Position numbers and translations under genes: made by a program
Shown: one piece after another, positions 36,070 through 48,600 of the stretch
How the letters are laid out: every line of letters starts with the position of its first letter
How positions within the stretch are numbered: position 1 is the first letter of the stretch
Source of the DNA: Hypanus sabinus
Lineage: Eukaryota
Direction of reading: 5' to 3'
DNA: 64,000 nucleotides
NCBI RefSeq assembly: GCF_030144855.1
Contig: NC_082710.1
Location: 170,748,001 to 170,812,000, forward strand
The notes under the pieces: generated by a model
Told to the model about the DNA's origin: nothing
Databases searched by the model: none
Seen by the model: only the letters and a program-made list of their open reading frames with translations

Positions 36070-38140
36070 TGATTCCCCCCCCCCCCCGCCCATACCAGAC
36101 GGTGAGGCTGCCAGTCAGAATACTCTCCGCGGTACACCTATATAATGTCTCAAGTGTTTTAGGTAACACAAACCAAATCTGCTCAAAGTCTAAATGAGAC
36201 GTAGCTGCTGTCCTGCCTTCTTTATAGCTGCATCACCACGTTGCAACCAGGTTAGATCCTCAGAGACATTGACACCCTGGAAATTGAAGTTGCTAACTTT
36301 CTCCACTTCTGATCCTTCTATAAGGGTTGGTTCGTGTTTCCTTGTCTTACCTATTTTGAGAGTCCACAATCAGCTCTTCGGTTTTGCTAACGTTGAGTGC
36401 AAGGTTGTTGCTACGAAGCCACTCAAGTTGCTGGTGTATCTCACTCCTGTACGCGCTTTCGTCACCATCTGAGATTCTGCCAACAATGGTAATAACATCA
36501 GCAAATTAATAGATGGCATGTGCGCTATGGAATGGGTGAAGGGAGAGTGGAGCAGTGGGCTAAGCACACATCCCTGTGGTGCGCCAGTGTTGATTGTCAG
36601 CGAGGTGGAGGTGTTGTTTCCAATCCGCTCAGACTGTAGTCCCCTGGACAGGAAGTCGAGGATCCAGTTACAGAGGGAGGTACAGAGGCCGAGGTTCTGA
36701 AACTTTTCTAACTGGACTGTAGGAATGATGGCATTAAATGTTGAACTATCGTCAATGAACAGCATCCTGACGTAGGATGAAAGTTTTCGGTTCGAAACAT
36801 CGTCACTACCTCCTCCCATAGATGCTGTTTGGACTGCTGAGTTCTGGCAGCATTTTGTCTTTTTATTTTTGTTATCCTGACATGGGTATGTGTATTGTTC
36901 AGGTGAACCAAGGCCGCGTGGAGAGCCATTGAGATCGTGTTTGCCCTAGACCTATTGTGGCGACAGGCAAACTGCAGTGGGTCCAGAGACAGGAGTTGGT
37001 CCGAGCATTGACCAACTTCTCAAAGTATTTCATTAACGTGGATATCAGTGAAACGGTGGTCGTGAAGGCGGCTCACGCTGCTCTTCTTGGCCACTAATAG
37101 AATTGTTGCCCTTTTGAAGCTGGTGGGGACTTCGGTCCGTAGCAATGAGAGACCGGAAACGTCTTCGAATACACCCTCCAGTTGGGTGGCACAGGTCGTC
37201 ACAGCCTTTCCAGGTATTCCATTGTGGCCGGCCGCCTTGCGATGGTTCACCCTCTTGACGGACAGCCTGACGGAGGTCACAGGGTCACGGGTGCTGCAGG
37301 GATCTGCATAGCTGTGGCTTTATTCTCCCTTTCAAAGCGACCATTAAAGGTGTTGAGCTCGTCTGGTCGTCAAGCATCGCTGCCATTCATGGTACGAGGT
37401 TTCGCTTTGCCGGAAGTAATGTACTGCAAACCCTGCCTGAGTTGACGCGCATCCGATGACGCCTCCAACCTCGCTCGGAATAGTTTCTTCACTATTAAAA
37501 TAACTGTCCGCGAGTCAATACCTGCTTTGCTTGTTTCCTTGTGCGACCTGGGTCGCCAGACTTGGAAGTCACGGCTCCAGCCCTCAGCAGACTACAAACC
37601 TCCTGATTCAACCCCGGCTTTTGGTTTAGAAATGTACAGTAAGTTTTGGTAGACAAACACTCATCTACACAAGTTTTACTGAAGTCGGTGACAGCTGTGC
37701 CACACTCATCTAGGTTCGAAGGTGAATCCTTGAATACAGTCCAGACCATTGATTCAAACCAGACCTGTAGGCGCTGCTGTATTTCCTTGGGGAAGGCATC
37801 AGGATGAGTGATTTCGTGTCTATTGATTGCATCGCTCAGTTCTGCCAGAGCCTCTTTGACACTGGCCCGAAGTGGAATGTACACCGCGGTGAGGGGTTTG
37901 AACGTGTAACTCCGTGCTCGGAGTCAGTCAGTCCAGAAGGGCGATCTGACCAAGAAGAGGCCGTGGCTCATCGCTCATCGACCCTGATGGCAATGAAACG
38001 CTTACTGTCACCGTCCCCCCCGCGGAGCCTAGTCACGGTTCCCCCGCTTCTAATCTCTTTGTGACTCTCCTGGTGGTGTATCCAGCTCGTTCCAATCATT
38101 CGGAAATCAATTGGAAAAATCCAGTGGACAGTACTTAATC
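36070..38140 (-). mobile_element. Rex1/Babar-type LINE (EN to RT), ending about 100 bp upstream of the gene 2 start codon
   Basis: [39 protein letters not shown]; V..RKAAG.NGIPG; VYIP..A..KEALAELSDAI. Confidence 0.85.
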
Positions 38141-38237
38141 CCTCCGAATTTTCCAACAGGTGGCACGAGGAGGCTCGGCTGTCGGAAGGGAGAAGGAGGG
38201 AACTCTGAAGTACCTCCTCTGCTTTAGTGGAGAAGCG

Positions 38238-38280
38238 ATGGAGGTGGGCCCCATTCTGTGGCTCCTGACCGTCTCCTCCG
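38238..38280 (+). CDS. NCR3-like: Gene 2 leader (signal peptide) exon, MEVGPILWLLTVSS(G)
   Basis: ATG in strong Kozak context (gcgATGG), hydrophobic core, donor ccg|gtgagt in phase 1. Joins the V exon to give MEVGPILWLLTVSSGIGA|EKFVVIQ, a typical signal peptide. Confidence 0.85.
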
Positions 38281-39625
38281 GTGAGTAACTTTCTGTTCCT
38301 TTACGGCTACAGCTTGGGGGAGAAAGCAATGGGCAGCGCGGGAAAAGCGGGAAGGTTCGTCCGCTTCACTTGCGTTAACATCCAACACACCTACGGATAC
38401 ACTGTGGGCAGCCCGCGAGTGTCGCCACACATTCCGGCGCCAACGTTAATGTCCACAATGTCGACAGAACAACACCGAACACAACAAAACAAGCCCCTTC
38501 CCTCTCCCACGCGCACACACGGACAGTCCTCCAACTCCAAGAACAAAGTCCGGGCTTCTAGTCTCCAGGCTTCCGACATCGGCCCCCTGACCAGCCGAAC
38601 GGGGGAAAGGGGGACCCTGAATTCCTGGTCGAACACTGAGCACGCCGACTTCGCGCTTCTCCCTCCGTCCGTTCCAATCCTGATGAAGGGTCTCAGCCCG
38701 TATCATTGACCGTTTATTCCCCTCCTGTTACTCTGGTTTTCCCGCATGTGCAGAATCTCAGGCTTGGGAGTTGGAAAGTTTTGTTACAGATGTACCAGTG
38801 ACCGAGAGGCCGCACTTGGAATATTGTGTACAATTTCAGCTTCAGTGACTATAGACTCCTCTCAAGGAAACAGGCGCTTCGGCCCGACTCGTCCGTATTG
38901 ATCGTGTTATCCAACGAACTCGTCCCACAGCCCATAGCCGCCTAAACCTCTCCTGCTCATGTACTTATCTCGAAGGCTTCAAAATGTTTGTAATTTCTGT
39001 CAGCTCATTTCTTCACAATTTGTGTGAAGAAATTGCCTAATATCCCTTTCAAAATTCTCCGCTCTGATCTTAAATCCATGCCCTCTTGTTTGTAGCACCC
39101 CCACTCCCGGTGAAAAATGCAGTTTTCAGACTATCTGTGCCCCTTATTGTGTTAAATCAGGTCACTCCTCTAACTCCTACTTTTCAGAGAATAAGGTCCT
39201 GGTCTGATCCAGTTAAATCTTATCCGCGCGCTTTCTGATTAACATCATCTATAACAATTCTGTGCAGAATATTCCAAGTGCAGCTTCACCAACGACTTGT
39301 ACGACAGAAACATAACTTCGAGACTCCTATCCTCGAAGCTCTGACTGAAGATCAGCGTACTAAACATTGTCTTCACCGCCTGTCTGCCGCTTACATTGAG
39401 CTATGCGCGCGTAGTCCTTTTCCAGGTCCGATCCGCACATTCTCTGTAACTGTCACACTTTATTCCGCATTCTGCTATTGTCCCTCCTTTACACTAACTC
39501 ATTGAATCGATGTGATGAAATGATCCGTATGGATGACAGACAAAATGTAGCTTTTCACTGTATCTCAGTACATGTGACCATAATAAACCAGTTTACCCAT
39601 TTTAAAGTTTGCTCCCTGCTTTCAG

Positions 39626-39964
39626 GCATTGGTGCTGAGAAGTTTGTGGTCATTCAGGACAAGTCCAGCATTGTTGCCACAGAAGGGGAGACGGTGGATA
39701 TTCCATGCAGACACAATGTCACAAATAAGATATGGTCGTACCACTGGGTCAAGGGTGCCCGAAGTGGAATAAAGCTGACCAATGAAACAGCAGAGTACAG
39801 GGACCGCTTCCTGAGTTCACCAGGGGGTGATCTCTCCACTAACAGCACAGACGTTTCTATGCGACTGATGTACCTGCGGCCAAGTGATTCTGGAATGTAC
39901 TTCTGCAAGCTGGAGGCAGTAGGATGGGAAATGTATGGGGCAGGGACGAATCTCACAGTGAGAG
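39626..39964 (+). CDS. NCR3-like: Gene 2 VJ-type Ig V-set exon, copy A (N-terminal domain type)
   Basis: Acceptor ctccctgctttcag, donor gag|gtaaga; 339 nt, phase 1 to 1. IGAEKFVVIQ..PC..W.K..KLTNETAEYRDRF..DSGMYFCKLEAVGWEMYGAGTNLTVR includes an in-exon J-like GAGTNLTV. Confidence 0.9.
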
Positions 39965-42053
39965 GTAAGACAATCATCAAGTATCTCCTTGTCTACGCAA
40001 ATCAGACCCACCACCCGAACAGCATTTGGTCAAGGCTGGAAAATGCTGGAGTCACTTAGCAGGTCAGTCAGCAACTGTGGGGAGAGAAGCAGTTAAATGT
40101 TCAGATCGCAACCAATCCTCAGGGCAGAGAAGGAGGTAAACAGGAAGAAACAAGAATCTTGTATCTTCAACTTCAAACATTAACTTTGTTTCACTTCCCA
40201 CAGATGCTGCCTGACCTGCTGAGCGTTTCCAGCGTATCCAGTTTTTTTTTTACCTCAGATTTCCAGCATCCGCAGGCTTTTGATTTTCATTGTTAGAATT
40301 TCACTAAGTGGGTAATGACAAAATCGTTCCAGCACAAAAAAAGTGTGTGGGGGGGCGGAGTGAGTGGTCACAAAGCAAACCTCCCCTAGAAGGACTCTGT
40401 CTGCTGACTTCTTGCCTCAGTAAAGCTGCCAACATAATCAAAGACCCTACCCTACCAGAACATTCTCTCCCCTCCCCTCTCTCAATGGGCAGAAGATACA
40501 AAAGCCTGAAAGCACGAACCACCAGGCATAAGGGCAGCTTCTATCCCACTGTTATAAGATTATTAAATGGTTCCCTGATGCGATCTTGACCTCACAATTT
40601 GCCTTGTCATGGCATTGCATCTTATAGTCTTCCTGCACTGCCTTGTCTCTGTAGCTGGTGCACTTAATTCTGCTATTGCTTTACCCAGTGCTGCCTCATT
40701 GTGCCATGTAATGACTTGATCTCAATGAACAGTATGCAAGACAAGCTTTTCACTGTACCTCAGATTATGGGACAATAAAAACCAATACCAATTCCAGTGT
40801 CTGCAGATGCTGGAACCTGGAGTGAAAGAAACACAATGCTGGAGGAACTTGTAAGTCAGGCAGAATCTATGGAGGGAGATTGAGACTTGAGCTTTCAAAA
40901 GAGGGCACTCGTCTCATTCTGTCTGTTCTGAGTCCATGCAACAGCAAATCCACTCTCCAGCTTTTCTGCAGAGCCTCAAACTCTTCCCAGTCAAATTCTC
41001 CCCAGTTCCCTTTTGAACACTGAAGTTATTCAGATGCATACACATGGTACGCTGTTAGTGGCAAGACCCCTAACAGTGTGAAGAGCAGAAGGATCTTGGG
41101 GTTCCAAGTCCAAAGCTCTCTGGTAGCGGCCATATTGGTTGATAAGGAGGAAAACAGGACACATGACAAATTTGTTTTTATTATTCAAAAAAGTGAGTTC
41201 AAGAGTTTGGAAGTTACAGTGTAGCTTTATATAATGATTTAGTTTGAATCTGGTACATTTTCAAGCAGCTCTCATCACTCCATTATTGGAAGGATAATGA
41301 GATTTTGGAGAAGGTGCAGAAGGGGTCTACCTGAATTCTGTCTAAATTAGACGGCAGGTGCTATAAGGAAAGTTTGGACGAACTTGTGTTGTTTTCTATG
41401 GAGAGGCAGAAGCTGAACAGAGACCTGGGACATAGTACATAGATCCCTACAGTGCTTTACAGGCCCTTCAGATCATAATGTTGTGCCAACCATGTAACCT
41501 ATTCTAGAAACTACCTAGAATTTCCCTACCACATAGCCCTTTCTTTTCCTTAGGTCCCTGTATCTATCTAAGTAGCCCTTAAAAGACTATTCTATCTGCC
41601 TTTACCACTATCACTGGCTGTGCATTCCACACTCAGAGTAAATAGTAACGATGTACAATTTTAAATTAAATTAAAGAGTGACTGACACAGATCGAAGAAA
41701 AGTTAACCAACTTCAAAATCCGCAACCAATCCTCTAATCAAGGTCACATTAAGCTCTCTCTCCCAATCTTGCTTAATCTTAAGTGAAGGCTAACTGTGCT
41801 GTTGTAACAATAAATTATAAATTTTCCCAATAAAACCTTTCACTAAATAATCAAATAATATCTAACAGGTCAGAATCCTGTATATATGAAAAATTACTTA
41901 AATATTCTTGTAAGAAATGTCTGACCTGAAGATATTGCAGGGAATGTGAGAGAGTATTTAGTTACTAATTTCGCAAAAGACATCAATTCGACATCTTGGA
42001 ACAGATCCATGAAGGAATAAACTCCTTTATTACTCCAAAGAATAATGGTAGGA

Positions 42054-42322
42054 NNNNNNNNNNNNNNNNNNNNNNNNNNNNNNNNNNNNNNNNNNNNNNN
42101 NNNNNNNNNNNNNNNNNNNNNNNNNNNNNNNNNNNNNNNNNNNNNNNNNNNNNNNNNNNNNNNNNNNNNNNNNNNNNNNNNNNNNNNNNNNNNNNNNNNN
42201 NNNNNNNNNNNNNNNNNNNNNNNNNNNNNNNNNNNNNNNNNNNNNNNNNNNNNNNNNNNNNNNNNNNNNNNNNNNNNNNNNNNNNNNNNNNNNNNNNNNN
42301 NNNNNNNNNNNNNNNNNNNNNN
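42054..42322. other. Assembly gap (269 N) between the tandem copies
   Basis: Run of N. Confidence 1.
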
Positions 42323-43688
42323 AGTAACTTTCTGTTCCTTTACGGCTACAGCTTGGGGGAGAAGGCAATGGGCAGCGCGGGTAAAGCGGGAAGGTCCGTC
42401 CGCTTCATTTGCGTTAACATCCAACATACCTACGGATACACCGTGGGCAGCCCGCGAGTGTCGCCACACATTCCGGCGCCAGCACTAATGTCCACAATGT
42501 TGACAGAACAACACCGAGCACAACAAAACAAGCCCCTTCCCTCTCCCACGCGCACACACGGACAGTCCTCCAACTCCAAGAACAAAGTCCGGGCTTCTAG
42601 TCTCCAGGCTTCCGACATCGGCCCCCTGACCAGCCGAACGGGGGAAAGGGGGACCCTGAATTCCTGGTCGAACACTGAGCACGCCGACTTCGCGCTTCTC
42701 CCTCCGTCCGTTCCAATCCTGATGAAGGGTCTCAGCCCGTATCATTGACCGTTTATTCCCCTCCTGTTACTCTGGTTTTCCCGCATGTGCAGAATCTCAG
42801 GCTTGGGAGTTGGAAAGTTTTGTTACAGATGTACCAGTGACCGAGAGGCCGCACTTGGAATATTGTGTACAATTTCAGCTTCAGTGACTATAGACTCCTC
42901 TCAAGGAAACAGGCGCTTCGGCCCGACTCGTCCGTATTGATCGTCGCACAGCCCACAGCCGCCTAAACCTCTCCTGCTCATCTACCTATCTCGAAGGCTT
43001 CAAAATGTTTGTAATTTCTGACAGCTCATTTCTTCACAATTTGTGTGACGAAATTGTCTAATATCCCTTTCAAAATTCACCGCTCTGATCTTAAATCCAT
43101 GCTCTCTTGTTTGTAGCACCCCCACTCCCGGTGAAAAATGCAGTTTTCAGACTATCTGTGCCCCTTATTGTGTTAAATCAGGTCACTCCTCAAACTCCTA
43201 CGTTTCAGAGAATAAGGTCCTGGTCTGTGCAAAAAAAACTCCGTGTAACTCACACCTCCAAATTCAGACGACATCCAGTTAAATCTTATCCGCGCGCTTT
43301 CTGATTAACATCATCTATAACAATTCTGTGCAGAATATTCCAAGTGCAGCTTCACCAACGACTTGTACGACAGAAACATAACTTCGAGACTCCTATCCTC
43401 AAAGCTCTGACTGAAGGTCAGCGTACTAAACATTGTCTTCACCGCCTGTATGCCGCTTTCAATGAGCTATGCGCGCGTAATCCTTTTCCAGGTCCGATCC
43501 GCACATTCCCTGTTGTAACACTTTATTCCGCATTCTGCTATTGTTCCTCCTTTACACTAACTCATTGAATCGATGTGATGAAATGATCCGTATGGATGAC
43601 AGACAAAATGTAGCTTTTCACTGTATCTCAGTACATGTGACCATAATAAACCAGTTTACCCATTTTAAAGTTTGCTCCCTGCTTTCAG

Positions 43689-44027
43689 GCATTGGTGCTG
43701 AGAAGTTTGTGGTCATTCAGGACAAGTCCAGCATTGTTGCCACAGAAGGGGAGACGGTGGATATTCCATGCAGACACAATGTCACAAATAAGATATGGTC
43801 GTACCACTGGTTCAAGGGTGCCCGAAGTGGAATAAAGCTGACCAATGAAACAGCAGAGTACAGGGACCGCTTCTTGAGTTCACCAGGGGGTGATCTCTCC
43901 ACTAACAGCACAGACGTTTCTATGCGACTGATGTACGTGCGGCCAAGTGATTCTGGAATGTACTTCTGCAAGCTGGAGGCAGTAGGATGGGAAATGTATG
44001 GGGCAGGGACGAACCTCACAGTGAGAG
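43689..44027 (+). CDS. NCR3-like: Gene 2 VJ-type Ig V-set exon, copy B (duplicate or alternative haplotype of 39626-39964)
   Basis: Same splice sites; 4 substitutions in 339 nt versus copy A (WVK to WFK, YLRP to YVRP, two synonymous). Confidence 0.8.
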
Positions 44028-45639
44028 GTAAGCCAATCATCAAGTATCTCCTTGTCTAAGCAAATCAGACCCACCACCCGAACAGCATTTGGTCAAGGCT
44101 GGAAAATGCTGGAGTCACTTAGCAGGTCAGTCAGCTACTGTGGGGAGAGAAGCAGTTAAATGTTCAGATCGCAACCAATCCTCAGGGCAGAGAAGGAGGT
44201 AAACAGGAAGAAACAAGAATCTTGTATCTTCAACTTCAAACAGTAACTTGTTTCACTTCCCACAGATGCTGCCTGACCTGCTGAGCGTTTCCAGCGTATC
44301 CAGTTTTTTTTTACCTCAGATTTCCAGCATCCGCAGGCTTTTGATTTTCATTGTTAGAATTTCACTAAGTGGGTAATGACAAAATCGTTCCAGCACAAAA
44401 AAAGTGTGTGGGGGGGGGGAGTGAGTGGTCACAAAGCAAACCTCCCCTAGAAGGACTCTGTCTGCTGACTTCTTGCCTCAGTAAAGCTGCCAACATAATC
44501 AAAGACCCTACCCTACCAGAACATTCTCTCCCCTCCCCTCTCTCAATGGGCAGAAGATACAAAAGCCTGAAAGCACGAACCACCAGGCATAAGGGCAGCT
44601 TCTATCCCACTGTTATAAGATTATTAAATGGTTCCCTGATGCGATCTTGACCTCACAATTTGCCTTGTCATGGCATTGCATCTTATAGTCTTCCTGCACT
44701 GCCTTGTCTCTGTAGCTGGTGCACTTAATTCTGCTATTGCTTTACCCAGTGCTGCCTCATTCTGCCATGTAATGACTTGATCTCAATGAACAGTATGCAA
44801 GACAAGCTTTTCACTGTACCTCAGATTATGGGACAATAAAAACCAATACCAATTCCAGTGTCTGCAGATGCTGGAACCTGGAGTGAAAGAAACACAATGC
44901 TGGAGGAACTTGTAAGTCAGGCAGAATCTATGGAGGGAGATTGAGACTTGAGCTTTCAAAAGAGGGCACTCGTCTCATTCTGTCTGTTCTGAGTCCATGC
45001 AACAGCAAATCCACTCTCCAGCTTTTCTGCAGAGCCTCAAACTCTTCCCAGTCAAATTCTCCCCAGTTCCCTTTTGAACACTGAAGTTATTCAGATGCAT
45101 ACACATGGTACGCTGTTAGTGGCAAGACCCCTAACAGTGTGAAGAGCAGAAGGATCTTGGGGTTCCAAGTCCAAAGCTCTCTGGTAGCGGCCATATTGGT
45201 TGATAAGGAGGAAAACAGGACACATGACAAATTTGTTTTTATTATTCAAAAAAGTGAGTTCAAGAGTTTGGAAGTTACAGTGTAGCTTTATATAATGATT
45301 TAGTTTGAATCTGGTACATTTTCAAGCAGCTCTCATCACTCCATTATTGGAAGGATAATGAGATTTTGGAGAAGGTGCAGAAGGGGTCTACCTGAATTCT
45401 GTCTAAATTAGACGGCAGGTGCTATAAGGAAAGTTTGGACGAACTTGTGTTGTTTTCTATGGAGAGGCAGAAGCTGAACAGAGACCTGGGACATAGTACA
45501 TAGATCCCTACAGTGCTTTACAGGCCCTTCAGATCATAATGTTGTGCCAACCATGTAACCTATTCTAGAAACTACCTAGAATTTCCCTACCACATAGCCC
45601 TTTCTTTTCCTTAGGTCCCTGTATCTATCTAAGTAGCCC

Positions 45640-48600
45640 TTAAAAGACTATTCTATCTGCCTTTACCACTATCACTGGCTGTGCATTCCACACTCAGAGT
45701 AAATAGTAACGATGTACAATTTTAAATTAAATTAAAGAGTGACTGACACAGATCGAAGAAAAGTTAACCAACTTCAAAATCCGCAACCAATCCTCTAATC
45801 AAGGTCAAATTAAGCTTTCTCTCCCAATCTTGCTTAATCTTAAGTGAAGGCTAACTGTGCTGTTGTAACAATAAATTATAACTTTTCCCAATAAAACCTT
45901 TCACTAAATAATCAAATAATATCTAACAGGTCAGAATCCTGTATATATGAAAAATTACTTAAATATTCTTGTAAGAAATGTCTGACCTGAAGATATTGCA
46001 GGGAATGTGAGAGAGTATTTAGTTACTAATTTCACAAAAGACATCAATTTGACATCTTGGAACAGATCCATGAAGGAATAAACTCCTTTATTCCTCCAAA
46101 GAATAAAGGTAGGATCACTTAGTGAAGGTTTAAATAAATAAATGATGAAAGTTCAAATTTTTTTAGATTAAAAATTTACGAAACTGGAACCAAATTCATA
46201 ATGACTGCTTAATCACATGGTATCAAATTAAATTAGTAATTTTGGCCAGTTGTACAGGTAGAGAAACTCCTAATAATGAGTTTAAGTGAAACAGTTTCAC
46301 AGCATTCAATTCTAATTCAGCCCAAGGTGGTCGTTCATTTTTATCAGCCCAATATAACATATATTAACAGCCCAAAAATACATTCTTAAATTAGGCAAAG
46401 CAAGACCTCCATCCTTTTTCAATTTTTGTAAATGATATTTTCCAATTCTTGGTCTTTTATTATTCCAAACAAAAGATGAAATATAGAGTCAACTTGATCA
46501 AAAAACTTCTTAGTTAAAAAAAGGAATATTTTGAAATACATATAAAAGTTTTGGTAAAATAATCATTTTAACTGCATGAATTTGGCCAGCTAACGAAAGT
46601 GTAAGTGGATTCCATCTACCAAATAATTGCTTCATAAAATCCACTAAAGGAACCAAATTGTCATAAGGGGGGTGTTGGGAACAGACCCAAATGCAAGACA
46701 TAGACACTGAAGTACTAGGGAAAGGTCTAGTTGTGTGAAGAAAGCAAGGGAAGTGAGGGAGAAATGACGCTGAACAAGACACAGGCCCTGAATGAGACTA
46801 GACCAGGAAAGCGGGACCTGGATGAGGAACTAGGAACTGGGAACTAGGAACTTGGAACTTGGAACCTGGACAAGGACTCCAAGCCAGAGACTGGACAGGG
46901 ATCCGGAACCTGGGTCTTCACTTGGGTTCGGACTCCAGATCTAGGCGAGGTCAAGACCAAGCAGGGCAACATGACTGGATGTGGGGGCAGGAAGCAGGAC
47001 TCCTGGGCTGGACGCTGGACATGAAACTCAGTCTTGGATGAGGACATGAAGCTCAGACTTGGTCTCAGTCAAGGGAGAAAAGGAACGCTGAAAATAGAGC
47101 TGGGACCCCAACTTGGGAACAGGATGTAGAGTTGGGACTCATACACAGAAAGCTGCACACGTAGAGACAGTTCCCAAGGCTAGGTAGCGGCAAACAGCCA
47201 GACCTACCTAGCAAAGGCATGGACACAAAGAGACAGTTCCAAACAACGAAAGACAGTTCCTAATCCTACTTGCTTCTGTCTTAGAACTTGATGGCAAGAA
47301 AAGGCGAGAATGCAGTCGAGGCTCCCGACGCAGGTTGCAGGGCGAGGCTCCAAACACAGGTTGCAGGACAAGGCTTCAGCCAAGGGCTACAGAAAGAAGG
47401 GGAAGGGAAGGGAACAGTCCAGCCTCAGGGTAATGGCAAAGATGGTCTGCCTTACCCAACAAATGCAAGGACAGGGAGGGACAGATCCAACCGCAGGGTA
47501 ATGGCAAAGACAGCCTGGCTTACCCAACAGAGGTGAGGATGGGAAACTGACAAGACAAACCAGCACCCTCACTCAAACCCAGGGCCACTTATATTCCCAG
47601 CTCAAGATGAGAATCAGGTGTCTGTGATTAAGCCCAACTGAAACAAGAGACAGCTGGACGATCCAGAATCCGGAGTCCACGGACCGGACCATGAAGTGGA
47701 ACATGGACTTCACAGACCAGACCATGACACAAATTAGCTTTATAAAGGCCTCTATGATTTTTAGTAATAATAATACCTAAATATTTAAAAGAGTCTGTAA
47801 CTCTAAAAGGAATGTCATCATATATAGAAGCAAAATCATTTATGGGAAATAATTCACTTTTATGAAGGTTTAGTATATATCCTGAAAACTTTCCAAAATT
47901 GTTTAATAGTTTCAATAAGCTAGGAATGGATTCTTCAGGATTCGAAATATAAACTAAGAGATCATCAGCATAAAGGGAGATCTTATGAATAGTCCCATTT
48001 ATGAAAATTCCATGGATATCTTCAGCTTCACAAAGTGCAATAGCCAAGGGCTCTATCACCAAATTAAATAACAAGGGACTTAACGGACATCCTTGTCTCG
48101 TACCCCATGAAAGCCAAAAAAAAGGAGATCTGCAATTATTAGTAATAACAGTAGCAATTGGGATTTTATATATCATTCTGATCCACTTATTAAAATTAAT
48201 ACTAAAGCTGAATTTCTCCAAAACATTAAATAAGTATTTCCATTCAACTCTGTCGAATGCCTTTTCAGCATCGAGAGCACATTGGGGAGACCTAGAAAAG
48301 GATGAATGTATAACATTTAACAGTCTCCAAACAAAGAAGGAATAACGGCCCTTTACAAAACCTGTTTGGTCTTGAGAGATAATTTTGGCTAGAATATTTT
48401 CCATCCGATTAGCTACTATTTTTGAAAGAATTTTAGCATCCACATTTAATAATGCATAGGTCTCTGTGAAGCACATTCAGTAGGGTCTTTATCTTTCTTA
48501 AGAATTAAAGAAATAGAGGCTTCATAAAATGTGGGCAGTAACTCTCCTATCAAAAAAGAATCTTTAAACATTTCCAACGTATATGGAGAAAGCAATTTTT

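Larger units (their letters stand above)
38284..46114 (+). repeat. Direct tandem duplication of about 3.8 kb (38284-42053 and 42323-46114) flanking an N gap
   Basis: Both copies start agtaactttctgttcc and end ...ggtagga. Each contains the leader intron, the V exon and an L1 3' part. Confidence 0.95.

Noticed and set aside
39954-39995. Perfect RSS heptamer CACAGTG at the end of the V exon (also in copy B), suggesting a rearranging Ig/TCR locus
   Set aside because: It is coding sequence (ctc aca gtg), there is no ACAAAAACC-like nonamer at 12 or 23 bp, the J-like strand is already in the exon, and I saw no D, J or C segments.
47628-48476. 282-aa RT ORF as an active L1
   Set aside because: The surrounding ORF2 is frameshifted and interrupted by a solo LTR.
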